A stretch of 63,351 bases of DNA, counting the filler, from Octopus bimaculoides (taxonomy: Eukaryota), in the NCBI RefSeq assembly GCF_001194135.2. It is 4 parts of 4 records of this genome, joined end to end, with 100 filler letters (N's around TTAATTAATTAA, not from the genome) between each part and the next. Parts side by side here need not be neighbours in the genome. Positions count along the whole stretch, not along the records: positions 1 to 26,344 come from NC_068985.1; 3 more parts are not named here. One strand, given 5' to 3'. Both the position numbers and the translations under genes were made by a program. The notes below the pieces were generated by a model that was not told the origin of the DNA, did no database searches, and worked only from the letters and a program-made list of their open reading frames with translations. Of the stretch, positions 1 through 12,394 are shown one piece after another. Within the stretch, counting starts at the first letter, position 1. Every line of letters starts with the position of its first letter.

Positions 1-46
<46 letters not shown>

Positions 47-49
47 GCA

Positions 50-386
50 TATATGGGTACGGGACGTCACAAACCATAAATAACATCAAATACGAAAAAC
101 AAAAGTATTAAAAACATACACAACGAAAGAAGCAAATGGAAAACAAGGCAATTAACATAAAGAACGACCCTTCATCAGTTGTCGGCTGTCTATCTACTCC
201 TTATTTCGAGTATTGAAGGACTAATGCTCGAAATGACGAGTAGATGGACAGCCGATAACTGATGAAGGGTCGTTCTTTATGTTAATTTTCGTTTTGCCAT
301 TTGCTTCTCTCGTTGTTTATGTATTCAACTCTTTTCCTTTTCGTATTTCATGTGGTTTACGGTTTGTGACGTCCTGTACCTATATA
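50..386. mobile_element. Fold-back (palindromic) repeat element, possibly two inverted Penelope-like terminal repeats
   Basis: 50-75 TATATGGGTACGGGACGTCACAAACC is the reverse complement of 361-386 (2 mismatches). Inner arms 150-214 and 223-287 are near-perfect around an 8-nt loop. The same terminus recurs at 1795-1815 and 2458-2475. Confidence 0.75.
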
Positions 387-450
387 CGCCTAGGAACGTG
401 AAACTCAGAGTAACGGTTGTTTTGTTATATTTCTGCTGCTTTTAAATAAA

Positions 451-494
<44 letters not shown>

Positions 495-1558
495 CAAGAA
501 TAAGGGCAGGGAATCGTCAATTAATAATAGAATTAATAATTNNNNNNNNNNNNNNNNNNNNNNNNNNNNNNNNNNNNNNNNNNNNNNNNNNNNNNNNNNN
601 NNNNNNNNNNNNNNNNNNNNNNNNNNNNNNNNNNNNNNNNNNNNNNNNNNNNNNNNNNNNNNNNNNNNNNNNNNNNNNNNNNNNNNNNNNNNNNNNNNNN
701 NNNNNNNNNNNNNNNNNNNNNNNNNNNNNNNNNNNNNNNNNNNNNNNNNNNNNNNNNNNNNNNNNNNNNTATATATACGTGTAAACGTATATATATATTT
801 ACATGTATATAAGAAATACATATAGGCTCTTGCCTCAGTGTATGTATGTGTGTGTGTATTTGGATGAATTGTACTTAGTATACTTTGGTGGCAAAGAGTC
901 ATGTGTGTCTTCGTATTTTGCCACAGAATACGATTGTTTTCTCAGAAACTTTATTGAAATTCTATTCTAAATTTTCATATCACGAAATTATAGTGTTTTC
1001 TGCTACTTTTCAAAATATTATTGCAAATCAATTATGTTTACTATGATTAGTGGCAGTTTATACATATAAGTGACTGTTGATATGAGAGCATTACTATACA
1101 ACGGTTCAAATATACCTGAATAGTGCAAGGGTGTTTCGTCCCCTGAACCATTTGTCACAGCACTGACACGCCTATTTTCATTTCGTCAAATATGACTGAT
1201 ACCATAATATTGTGAGTTTAAACACGGATGATAGCAAAGCATAAAACGTAAACAAAATGATGGCCCGTGCTTTTGAGTTTGTATAAAGTAACATCATTAT
1301 ATAAGGTGAAAATGTTTTAGTAATGATATGTTTATAATCTATCGCGAATTCATAAACAACGACCGTGCAGATACATACATTCACACTTACGTACACCCTC
1401 ACACATTTTTTTATGTATAAGTGTGTGTGTGTGTGTGTGTGTCCATGTGCATTTGTGTGAATGTATGTGTATGTACGAACATGTGTGTCCATACACTTTA
1501 CTGTCTCCGCACTCACTCTCTCACACACTTTCTACCTGTGTCTATCTATCTATCTATC

Positions 1559-1629
<71 letters not shown>

Positions 1630-1684
1630 CTGCATGTGTGTGTGTGTGTGTGTGTGTGTGTACGTGTGTGTGTATCTATATAAC

Positions 1685-2560
1685 TGGAAAAGGACGCGTG
1701 GCGTTCGGTCATATAATAATATTAATAATATATAAATATATGCATATATGCATACATATATGTACATACCTACATATATATGTATATATACATGCATATA
1801 TGGGTACAGGACATCAAAATAACGTTAAACACAATGAGAAACCAAAACATAAAAACAAAAACGATCGAACGCCACGCATTCTTTTCCAAGTAAGTTTTAT
1901 CTTAATAATTACGATGCGCACTCTTCTACTACCACTTCTCTGTCTATCTCTCTCCCTGTCTTTTTCTTCATCCTTTCTGTTTTTCTTTCCCATCATTTCC
2001 CTATTCTTCGCTCCCTTTCACCGTTCCCTCTCTCTCTCACTCTTTCTCATTGACTCCTTCGTCGCTGACACGTGACGAAACGGGATCTCTCTTTCTGTCC
2101 ACTTCCTTCTTAAAGAAAAGACGTGCCTTTTCCGGTCTCCTCTCGTAGTTCGCCTACCTAGAATTCATAATAATTTTTTTATTGTTCTAACTGTCCTGTT
2201 CTTGTTAACACTTTCACCCTCCGCAAAAAATCTCAAATTTTATTTAATTTGCTTTGCGGGAAGGATAGCTTCAATGAAGTCGCGTATTGTCCTTGCCTTC
2301 GAAACGCGGAGTAGATAAAACAGGGACAAAATACGAAGGGGTATACTCTTTATGTTGCATGTCTTGTTTCTCTGTATTTTTCGTTGTTCGAAATAAAGTT
2401 CGTTTTCTGTTTTCGTTGTTTATGTTTTCGTTTCTCATCGTGTTTGACGTTTTATTGCTGTCCTGTACCCATATATGCATGTATATATACATATATATGT
2501 ATCGGTATGTACATATATGTATCGGTATATGCATATATTCATATAGTATTCATATTATGA
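1685..2560. mobile_element. Composite inverted-repeat element of the same family as 50-386; PLE-like 3' end with an inverted terminal copy
   Basis: 1709-1864 is an inverted copy of about 2410-2560. The spacer is pyrimidine-rich and is followed by a degenerate CAATGAAG...CGAAACGCG (2272-2308). An extra 26-bp inverted repeat lies at 1685-1710 / 1863-1888. Confidence 0.6.
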
Positions 2561-2575
2561 CATACATATCTGTTT

Positions 2576-2615
<40 letters not shown>

Positions 2616-2625
2616 NNNNNNNNNN

Positions 2626-2663
<38 letters not shown>

Positions 2664-3084
2664 CACATACAAGTATAAATATATACATGTAGACATAACA
2701 AACATGTATATGTATAAATACAGAACTACATACATACATGTTAGTATGTGTTTACGTTTAAAAAATTCTAAATACCATATCAATCCCATTTATAGAAATA
2801 AATCACAATCTTACCCAATTTGTATCTTTTTCACTGTAAATATTTTCATAATTCTAAATTCTAATTACATTTTCATAAATCACTTCAGGCAATAACACAA
2901 GTCAATTCAAAATTATTACAAATACACTTACAGATAAACTGCCCGCACTATCATACAGATATGATTTTTACGTATTGTTTAATTTATTGGAAATATTTCC
3001 GATGATATATTCTTTAATTTACTTATATGAGAGCGGAACTACACTTCTGAAGAAAGGCGTCGTCTAGTCGGTCTAACATACATA

Positions 3085-3255
3085 TTGTTTTCTAATTTTG
3101 GTTCAAGGCCAGCGAAATTTTGGGGCGGCAGAGATGGCTGATTACATTGATCTCAACCTCAGTACTTGATGTCAAATTATTTTATTGATCTGGAAATGAT
3201 AATTAGCAAAGTCTGCCTCGACGGAATTTGAGCTCGTAAAGTTTCCCAAAGCATT
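3085..3255 (-). mobile_element. Degraded tRNA-derived SINE (family A)
   Basis: Reverse-strand similarity to the family-A copies at 31903-32107 and 47014-47220 (CAAAGTC.GCCTCG.CGGAATTTGA.CTC). Confidence 0.6.
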
Positions 3256-4206
3256 TTGTCAACCGGAGCCTTAGACCCAACATATTTATTGATGTCTTTA
3301 TATCACAGCGATTATTCTGTCAGTGAGCTGAAAAATCCATGGTCATTGTTGTGTTTCTTGTTTATCTTTTCGATTCCACTAAACTCACAAACACACATAC
3401 ACACAAAACTTTTTTATGCCTTGTGTAATTCTCGATGCTATAAATAGTGGATTATACAACACTTTGAAAACGAATTATTTACGCTTGACAATTTATTTGG
3501 TCAGTTGTAAACTGAGCGAATACCACTAAACTTTTGAAGTCAATTGGGAAATGAAGAGACTAAAGAAAGCTAATAACTACATTGAATGTACGGAATGAAG
3601 AAAGCGCATGTGTGTAGAAATTCTTTGAAGTTTCGATAATTTACTAAGAAGTTTTATTATAATCGACATCCGCTTTCAGTCTGAAAACTACAGTTATTCT
3701 TTCTGAAGAATCTCGTTGTAGATATTATTAATGACTAATAAATATGATGTGAAGGATCCCGTAATTGTTTGCGTGAAGTATGGAGATAATTTCTACTGAT
3801 ATAATTTTTGATTTGATTCAGTAGATTCAAACATCAAATATACGAAAGGTGATCTGCATTATATATAATGCAGAGAGCTTCCTTGTACTTATATGGAAAC
3901 ACACTCACGCTCAGACATGCTCAGAAATATACATAGGCATTTATGTGTTACTAATAGTTTCTCGTGCTGAGAGCGCCAAATAATGAATTATAACATGTGT
4001 TACATCTTCGCAAGTTCATAAGGCACAAACCACGAAGCATAACGAATTAACTATTGAATGAGTGAAGAAACGCGGAAAGTCGAGACGACAACACGTGAAA
4101 GATGTAGAAGGTCAAAATCTGGAAAAAAAATTAACCATAAATGAGTAAAAAGGGAAAAGAAGCATTTCCTTTAACCTTAAGTTATATATATATATATATG
4201 AGTTAA

Positions 4207-4481
4207 TATATCTGTAAATTGAATCCAACTTTTGTACTAGAGCTTCGTATTTTCTGCGAGACTTTGGTATGGTCTGCATAGCTTGCAAGGGTGATTATCC
4301 AGGGTGCTGAGGAAATATCTGGGAGGGCCACAATGAAAAGCCGTTGTCCCAAGACAGCGCCCTGTGGAACACCACTCATCATGTGGGTTTACTTTAAGGT
4401 GGCTCCATTGGCCACCACTCCCAGGCTTCTATCTTTTAGAAAGTCATGTAGGCACTCTCCACGTTTTCCAGCTATGCCGAG
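4207..4481 (-). mobile_element. CR1/L2/Jockey-group LINE reverse transcriptase fragment (inactivated)
   Basis: Manual translation LGIAGKRGECLHDFLKDRS...MSGVPQGAVLGQRLF...LASYADHTKV contains the GVPQG and YADD-like RT motifs, with an in-frame stop. Confidence 0.85.
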
Positions 4482-6408
4482 ATAACTATATATATATATA
4501 TAGGTGAGAGAGTTGGTATGTGAAAGCGCGTGGTTGGATGTATAAAAGATAAACAAGTGTGAACAACTACAGGAGGCTTGTGTTAAATGGTTAAAGTATA
4601 TATTTATATCGTTATGTTAGAAAACGTTATAGAATTTTGAGTATAGAAACATTGTTTTTGGAGAAATAACCGGTTTCGTATTTTCTTCTCAAATTTCTCT
4701 ACCTGTATCGTAACAGGTCTTCAATAAGGTGTAAAATATGGAGTTCTAGATAGGGGGACGTAATAACGGATTTTTTCAGTTATAAGGGAGATAATTAAAA
4801 ATGTTGGGGATGATAGATTTTGATTAATTTAACATGATTAGCCATATAACACAAGCCTTCTGTAGTTCTTTCACTCTTGTTTATCTTATATATATATATA
4901 TATATATNNNNNNNNNNNNNNNNNNNNNNNNNNNNNNNNNNNNNNNNNNNNNNNNNNNNNNNNNNNNNNNNNNNNNNNNNNNNNNNNNNNNNNNNNNNNN
5001 NNNNNNNNNNNNNNNNNNNNNNNNNNNNNNNNNNNNNNNNNNNNNNNNNNNNNNNNNNNNNNNNNNNNNNNNNNNNNNNNNNNNNNNNNNNNNNNNNNNN
5101 NNNNNNNNNNNNNNNNNNNNNNNNNNNNNNNNNNNNNNNNNNNNNNNNNNNNNNNNNNNNNNNNNNNNNNNNNNNNNNNNNNNNNNNNNNNNNNNNNNNN
5201 NNNNNNNNNNNNNNNNNNNNNNNNNNNNNNNNNNNNNNNNNNNNNNNNNNNNNNNNNNNNNNNNNNNNNNNNNNNNNNNNNNNNNNNNNNNNNNNNNNNN
5301 NNNNNATATATATATATATATAAATATATATATATATTGATGATCGTTGTATGAAAATCGTTATGACATTTAATACATTTATCGTAACACGAGTGAAGGG
5401 AAAAAATTATTTGATTAATTCCGCTCGTGGAATATGTTCAGATTTCATAAATGTTGTGTTGCAAGTAGCAATATCGTTATGGTAATTTCCTTTATGGTTC
5501 TAGCTGCAATAAAATATTTCCTCGAATTTCTGAGGTATTTTTCTTCAGCTAAATCTCTCCTGTTCTCTGTATATCATATTTTATGCGAAGAATTGGTACA
5601 ACGTAAGAAAATACGACATCAATACATTTGGATATCATTCACCTATCGAAGAGAAAAATATGTTTAAGTGAAGTTAATTTCGTCTTCTTGAGTGATACTA
5701 GAAAATATATTTTAAGGAATTTTTCAAGCAATCCTATTGTAATATTACGACACTCTCATGAATGATAACAATACAGTTTGATGAAAATTTCAATGTAAAT
5801 CCAAATACTCATCTAATGGCATGCAAATACATTTATTTCGGTTACACAATGGAAAGTTGTGGAGACAAAACCTTCCATAAACTGTTTGTTTCCAATGCAG
5901 AGTTGGAGAAATTGGGCATTTTCATTGAAGCACTAACAATTTGTTGGGTCTGAGAATCTTTCTACCAACATATTTGATACAATTTACATATTCGTCGTAG
6001 AACTATTTGAAAAGTTACATTTAATGCATTTTCTGATTTTCGATACAGAAATATTTCATAAAAAAACATTGCAAATCGGTGACATTCAGAAAATATATTT
6101 CATTGTGCAACCAAGCAACCAATCTCTCGAAAACATGAAAGAATATTTTTGTCGCGGCATTATGCGAACACAAACCAAACAATATCCACCATGTTAAATA
6201 GATATCATCAAAAGAATATTTTGTATGATATGGATATTTATGTTATAATTTTCCTGCTGCACGTTTTGGGAAGAATGTATTGCAGGGAACTTCTGTATTG
6301 CGTTTATATTTATACATATATAAATATATATACATATATATTCATATATACTCACATACATACATATATATATATATATATANNNNNNNNNNTATATGTA
6401 TATAGATG

Positions 6409-6448
<40 letters not shown>

Positions 6449-7431
6449 AGTAAAAATAAATACAAAAAAGGTGGGGGTTTTTTGTATGATTGTGTATAGA
6501 GGAATATATTATTTTATACATACATACGTGCATACATACACACATATATGTGTCTGTTTGTGCGGATGCTTATCATTTCAGTTATCTATCGCAAATATCT
6601 AAATGAATTTCGATAATTCAATATACTGTTTCGTTAATTAAAACATTTCGTGATTCAAAGTTGGAAATAATTTGCCGAAAATTTGTCTTCAGTTCAGCAC
6701 TTCTGCTTCATTTCGGGACAACTTGAAACACGTTGTTAGTACCTAACTCAATTCCTTGCACGAGACGGTGAAATGCAAATAGTAATTACTATTTGTTGGA
6801 CAAGATAATTTGTTTACGTTTTGAGAGTGCATCGTTTAGTATTCTTTACTTCGTTTTAGATATGTTCTTTCAACGCGCTAAAATTGGACCGTTTTGAATA
6901 TAATTCGATAACATAAGCATCAGCCAATAAAGGAAATAAATATAACCTACAAAACCAACTGACAAATTAAATGCTTAGACCTTGTTGAGTATGTCACTAA
7001 ATTCATGATCAACGACATTCTAGCATAGATTACTTTGTTTGTCTGTCTTTCTGTCTGTCTGTCTGTCTGTCTGCCTGTCTGTCTGTCTGTCTCTGTCTCC
7101 CTTTTTCTCTGTGGCGTTTAGGGCACAGTGTAGCAGTAGTGTTGGAAAGTTGGATATCGTTTTCTTTATGTATAGATCATGCATGATATCTCTGGCATTG
7201 AGTACACATTAATCTTAAACACGCCGGAGTGTTCGGTTGTTTGGTTTCATTATATGAATAATCATTATGTGAATTTAAAGAGCATTCACTTTCAAGTAGA
7301 TCTTACATCTTTCATATTCCTTCTTCAAATCCTAAAACTAACGAATATTTAGATAAAAAAAATATATGTGCCTTATTTCTATAAGACTAAAAATCATCGA
7401 GATCAATTTTGCATTAAATCTCACTGCATTT

Positions 7432-7468
7432 CCGATACTGAGTGAAACGTTGTTTCATTCAGCATCGG
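7432..7468. other. 37-bp hairpin
   Basis: CCGATACTGAGTGAAAC-GTT-GTTTCATTCAGCATCGG; 15/17 arm identity. Confidence 0.6.
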
Positions 7469-7773
7469 TAGATATTCAGCACGTTTATGATTAACAGCCT
7501 TACAAGGTAGGCCATCACATATCGTTGCAATGCACAGTCAAAAAAGCACGTAGAAACAAAACGTTTTTTAAGATGACAAAGTTTAATTCGAAATTTAGAA
7601 TTCCAACCAGATGTGGTTGACTACGTGAAGATTCCCTAATGCATATAATCAAATTGTTTCATAGTAGCATATCGTTTTAATGTATATTAAAAAGCAGGAT
7701 GGCAAACCAATTTTAAATTCAACAAGATTTTAAAATTAGGTCTCCTATGGCTTGTATGTTTATTTGTAAATAT

Positions 7774-7825
<52 letters not shown>

Positions 7826-7829
7826 CACC

Positions 7830-7882
<53 letters not shown>
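7774..7882. repeat. Symmetric compound microsatellite (TAC)n(CAC)n(TAC)n
   Basis: Read directly from the sequence. Confidence 0.95.
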
Positions 7883-8411
7883 ACACATATATATGTATGT
7901 ATGTATGTATGAGTGTATGTGTGTGTGCGTGTGTGTATTCGTGCGTATGCGGTTCTTTCTGAGCATGCATTTTGTATATATGGTCTATTCTATGTTTATT
8001 TGAATTCTTCGAATAAAGAAGTCATTGATTTCTAATAAAATTACAAAGCTCCATAGCTGGAAAGTTATTTAACTAAAGCAAATTCATATTTTGAACTTGT
8101 GAAAGTCTCGCAAATTTTTATGTTCCATTTACAGAGTGGGTTTGTAATCTAAGTATTAGTTGGTTAATTTCATTTACTAAAAAACCCATATTTTCCATAC
8201 AGTCAGTAAGGCTTACGAATCCATATGCATCAGTTATTTTTCGGATAAATGAAAATTTATGTGATAATTGAAGCTGGTGGTTTCGACTCAATAGTCCATA
8301 GGTACCCTCTTTCTTCTTGGATTTTCGAAATCGATTGCTATGATGGTACGTAATTTTACTTGTCTGTTCCAAACAAGGATATTGGAACTATTATATTTGC
8401 TCTTGTTAGAC

Positions 8412-8476
8412 ATTTTGACGGGAATCTCTTTTATTTTGACGGGAATCTCTTTATTTTGACGGGAATCTCTTTTATT
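8412..8476. repeat. Tandem repeat, 20-21-bp unit x3 (ATTTTGACGGGAATCTCTTT)
   Basis: Three adjacent near-identical copies. Confidence 0.9.
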
Positions 8477-8799
8477 CTGCTTAGATTTTCACATCCAATT
8501 CTTCTTCAAGGTATATTAGTTCAGATACTTTAGGAATGTATGGGAAGTAGTGAGGAAGAGAATCCTTCCAATGAATCTCAGTGCTGATATGTAAGATGTG
8601 GTTTTCTTCGCCTCTTTTTAACACCAGATTTATGTATTTACTATTGTTGGTGTGAATAATATCAGTTGTCTGAGAGAGACTCTACATCTGAATAATGTTG
8701 CCACTGATCTCAATCCAGTGTTGCATTCATCTATTATTACGTATAACATGTTAATATTATATCTGTGGAAAATTCCGAAGTGAATTTAATCCTTTAGTT

Positions 8800-9105
8800 T
8801 ATCCGTCGTTTCCGACTATGATCAAGAACATCACAAGGTAGAAGGCGGGGTACTGTGTGTCCGACTGTAGCCGATCAGTCCGATATCTCCTCCGAAGGCT
8901 CTGCTGCAGGTCAAACACTGGTAAGCTTCTGGGACTGACGGTGGAGAGTTAGCTCTGAACTCACGTTTTCTTTTGTGACCATGTTTTTCTGTTTCATTCG
9001 TAGGCAGTGGCACAGATACGCCAGGAAGACCGGTCTTTTGCTTGCATATCGGGGTGAGTCTCAAAGATTTTCAGTGTCACTGTGAGTGTGTCCTCTACAA
9101 AGCAC
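8800..9105 (-). mobile_element. RTE-clade LINE 3' fragment
   Basis: Translation F.EDTLTVTLKIF...AKDRSSWR, then a frameshift to a C2H2-like YQCLTCSRAFGGDIGLIGYSRTH; RTE-type 3' UTR GATCATAGTCGGAAACGACGGATAAAC. Confidence 0.8.
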
Positions 9106-12100
9106 TCAAGTATTCTAAATGTTGGTATCAGATTTAGTCCTGAAAATACATTATAGGATATTGTGGTGAGGTTTTAAAATGTTTTGTAAGTTAAATATAA
9201 TAAATAGCGTCGCAGTCGAATCAGCTGCTCTTGGGAATATGTAACAGCTTTGCAATGAAGGCAGTAGTTTTTTTCATATCATTTTCGATCTCATTTATAA
9301 TAGCAGATTGGGTATGAGAAGAACTATTAGCATAGTATCATGGATTTAAACCACTATATGAAAGAAAGATGCTTGTTACAGAAGCTGTTTTGCAGTAAAG
9401 GTATGCAGGAATGGGCTTCGTCCTTGTAATTTTATCGCCATTATATAGCAGATAGAAGCGGTAGGAGGGGCTTTTACATAGCGCTGGAATAGAAAAAGAC
9501 TTACATCCTCTTAATTTATTTACAGGCGCCGTTAAACTACTCATGTTGGTGTTATTGTTATCAGTATGGGCCATAATCGTATTTATTGAAATACACATGG
9601 TGTAAGGTAATGCAGTTGGAATAACGCTACACCGGTAACTTAACGGCGCTTCACTTATTAAAGAATAATAAATAATCATATAATCAATTTAGAATGGATT
9701 TCGACGGTGCCATGTTTTTTGCATGTATACATATGTATGCATATGTTTGTGTGCATGAATGTATGTATGTATGAATGTATGTATATTTATACGTTTGCTC
9801 GTAAGTACGTTTGCATCTATGAATAATTATTTTGCCGCAAGATAAGAGCTCCTACTAATATAAGTTTAACGATATAAATACTCGTTAATGTAGAATGTAG
9901 CTCCTTCATCTATAAGTATTATTTGAGCATTTTTAAGAATGTAACATGAAATCGTTTTATTTATATGCATGTATATTTTTCACAATTTTCAATTTTTCAC
10001 CGAAGTTTTAACGAGTATTATGAAATATCAAGAAAAAGTTTCTAAATCTTTTGGATCTTGCATTTTATATTTATTCTATATCGCATATTCTTTTTTTATT
10101 CCAAATCGCCTTGATTTCAATGAAATTATGCATTAAATTCATTTGTATATTAAAAAGCTATTGAACTTTGATCCTTTTAAATATATTTCTATTCGCTGGG
10201 CGAAGAGCCCCATTATCTTTAAGGAGGTATATGGAAGCAAAGAATGTCATTATCTGAAAAATAATCTCGTCGGCTACCTACATTTTGGAAAATAGCAGTT
10301 TAATAACAGGGTGATTTTTTTCAAGGAATTCTTGCAGCCGATAGCATATAACGAAATATATTTTCCGTTATTCGTTTAGTAGTAACTAAAAATGCTTCTT
10401 GATAAAATCGATATAGGCAAGAGTAAGATATAACATGCTGAGATAAAATCATATGTTCCCAGTTTGTTTCTCTACCAGAAGTTTGCAGAATTCAATCCTT
10501 TCGGAGATATTTCATTTATCATTGATTTCAGAGACCTACGATTTATATTACATTACTTCAAACATTATATTTATCGAGAGTGTGAAATACAATAAATATA
10601 GAATTACATCGCATCTACTCTAAGTCTACATGTATAATTTAAACTGCTATAGATTCCTATTTTATAATTTGAACGGTAACTTAAAAAGTCCTTTACTCGG
10701 TTGGGATTAGCATTTTTATAGACTTCGGATATTATACCAGGCAATAATATATCAGTATCGAAAATCAATTTAGCGAAAGAATGGATATTCGATTGTAATT
10801 AACTTTTTCTGGTCTCTGAGCGTAAGGTGCAGGTTTGCCAAATGATATAGTGATAACATTTGAATAATAACTAATAAGATTTTTTTTACATTTTTATTTT
10901 AAAGCTGCATACAGAAAATGATGTACTCGCAGTTTGAAGTAGTTTACTGTGTATTAAAAACAGAAATTTAATTCCTTCATCCAGCAATGAAAACTTACTT
11001 AACAATCATAGGTTCGTAATTCCAAATGTCTTCTATATAGACATATACAGTGTTATGTATAGCACTTTGGTAGCTATATGAAAATTATAATCATAGTTAT
11101 AGCCGTTAATGTTGTAGAAATATACTGCATCATGATTTATATGTACTCACACAATAGAATATGATTCAATATTTGAATTTTAAGATAATTTTTCTGTTTC
11201 ATTAATTAGTATGTGCCCTATCGCGCGGCATCATGTGAAGTAAACGCCTAAATCACAATAAATGACATACATTATTACTCAAACATAAAAGCATGAGCAC
11301 TTAAAGTTGTTGAAGGTAAATTTTATATAAGAATAAACGCGGCTAAGTTTGTCTTACTCACATATACACATTCACCCTTACCCAAGTAATGGTGCACACG
11401 AAGTGGAAGATATACGCGTATATATTCGATATTCTATATCAACTGATCAAAGTGGACAACGTGCCATACTTTAAATAAACATTACATATAGATGTGTTTA
11501 GATTTGGATCTTACAATTCCCCTGGTTTATCACGAAAGAAAATTACGTTTGAATAGTTTAATGACATGACTTTGTGATAAGACAGGAAAACTACATGCAA
11601 TCTGCATGAACGTAATCTGTACAAACATATATTTATATATTGTCTTGTTTTATTATTTTACTATTTTTTGTTTGTACATATATGGAGGTTATTTATGAAG
11701 CAGTTAAGTTCATATATTAAGCCTAACTACGCAAATTGCCTTGAGGAACATTGCAAAACGACTTACGGTCACGCTCTTAGAAGTATTATTATTTATATAG
11801 CTAGGATCGAGCTGGACACACTAACGTCTTCAGCAAAAAGTGGGTTATTTTCAAACAGTATGGAATATAGGCGGAATTTGTGGAAATGTATACTGAGCCT
11901 AAAATATTTGATAAGCGGTGTGGCCTTCTAGCAGTTTGAATAACATATACATACATACACTCATACATACATACATAAATACATACATACATACATACAT
12001 ATATACATACACACACATACACGTACACACAAACACACACATATGTAGAGAGAGATAGAGAGGAAGACAAGCTGACCGAGGCAATGTATGCATAATGTAT

Positions 12101-12305
12101 ATTTATAATATACTATACTATGGTATATGTATGGGTGTAAGTGTGTGTGTCGGTGAGACATAATTGAAAGAACCGTTGGAATTGGGGATAGACACGTAAT
12201 AGATAAGAGCTAACAAAAGACTATGGTTCGGAAAAAATAGAATCTGCCATAAAAAAAAGGATGGCAAGTACAATGGTGAGCTCTGAGTTATGCAGGAAGG
12301 TAGCT

Positions 12306-12394
<89 letters not shown>

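Noticed and set aside
223-275. GAAA...CTGATGA in type-II hammerhead order inside the first palindrome
   Set aside because: Helices I and III cannot be formed; only the core words are present.
5620-6120. Possible transposase remnant
   Set aside because: Manual translation gave no recognisable motif.
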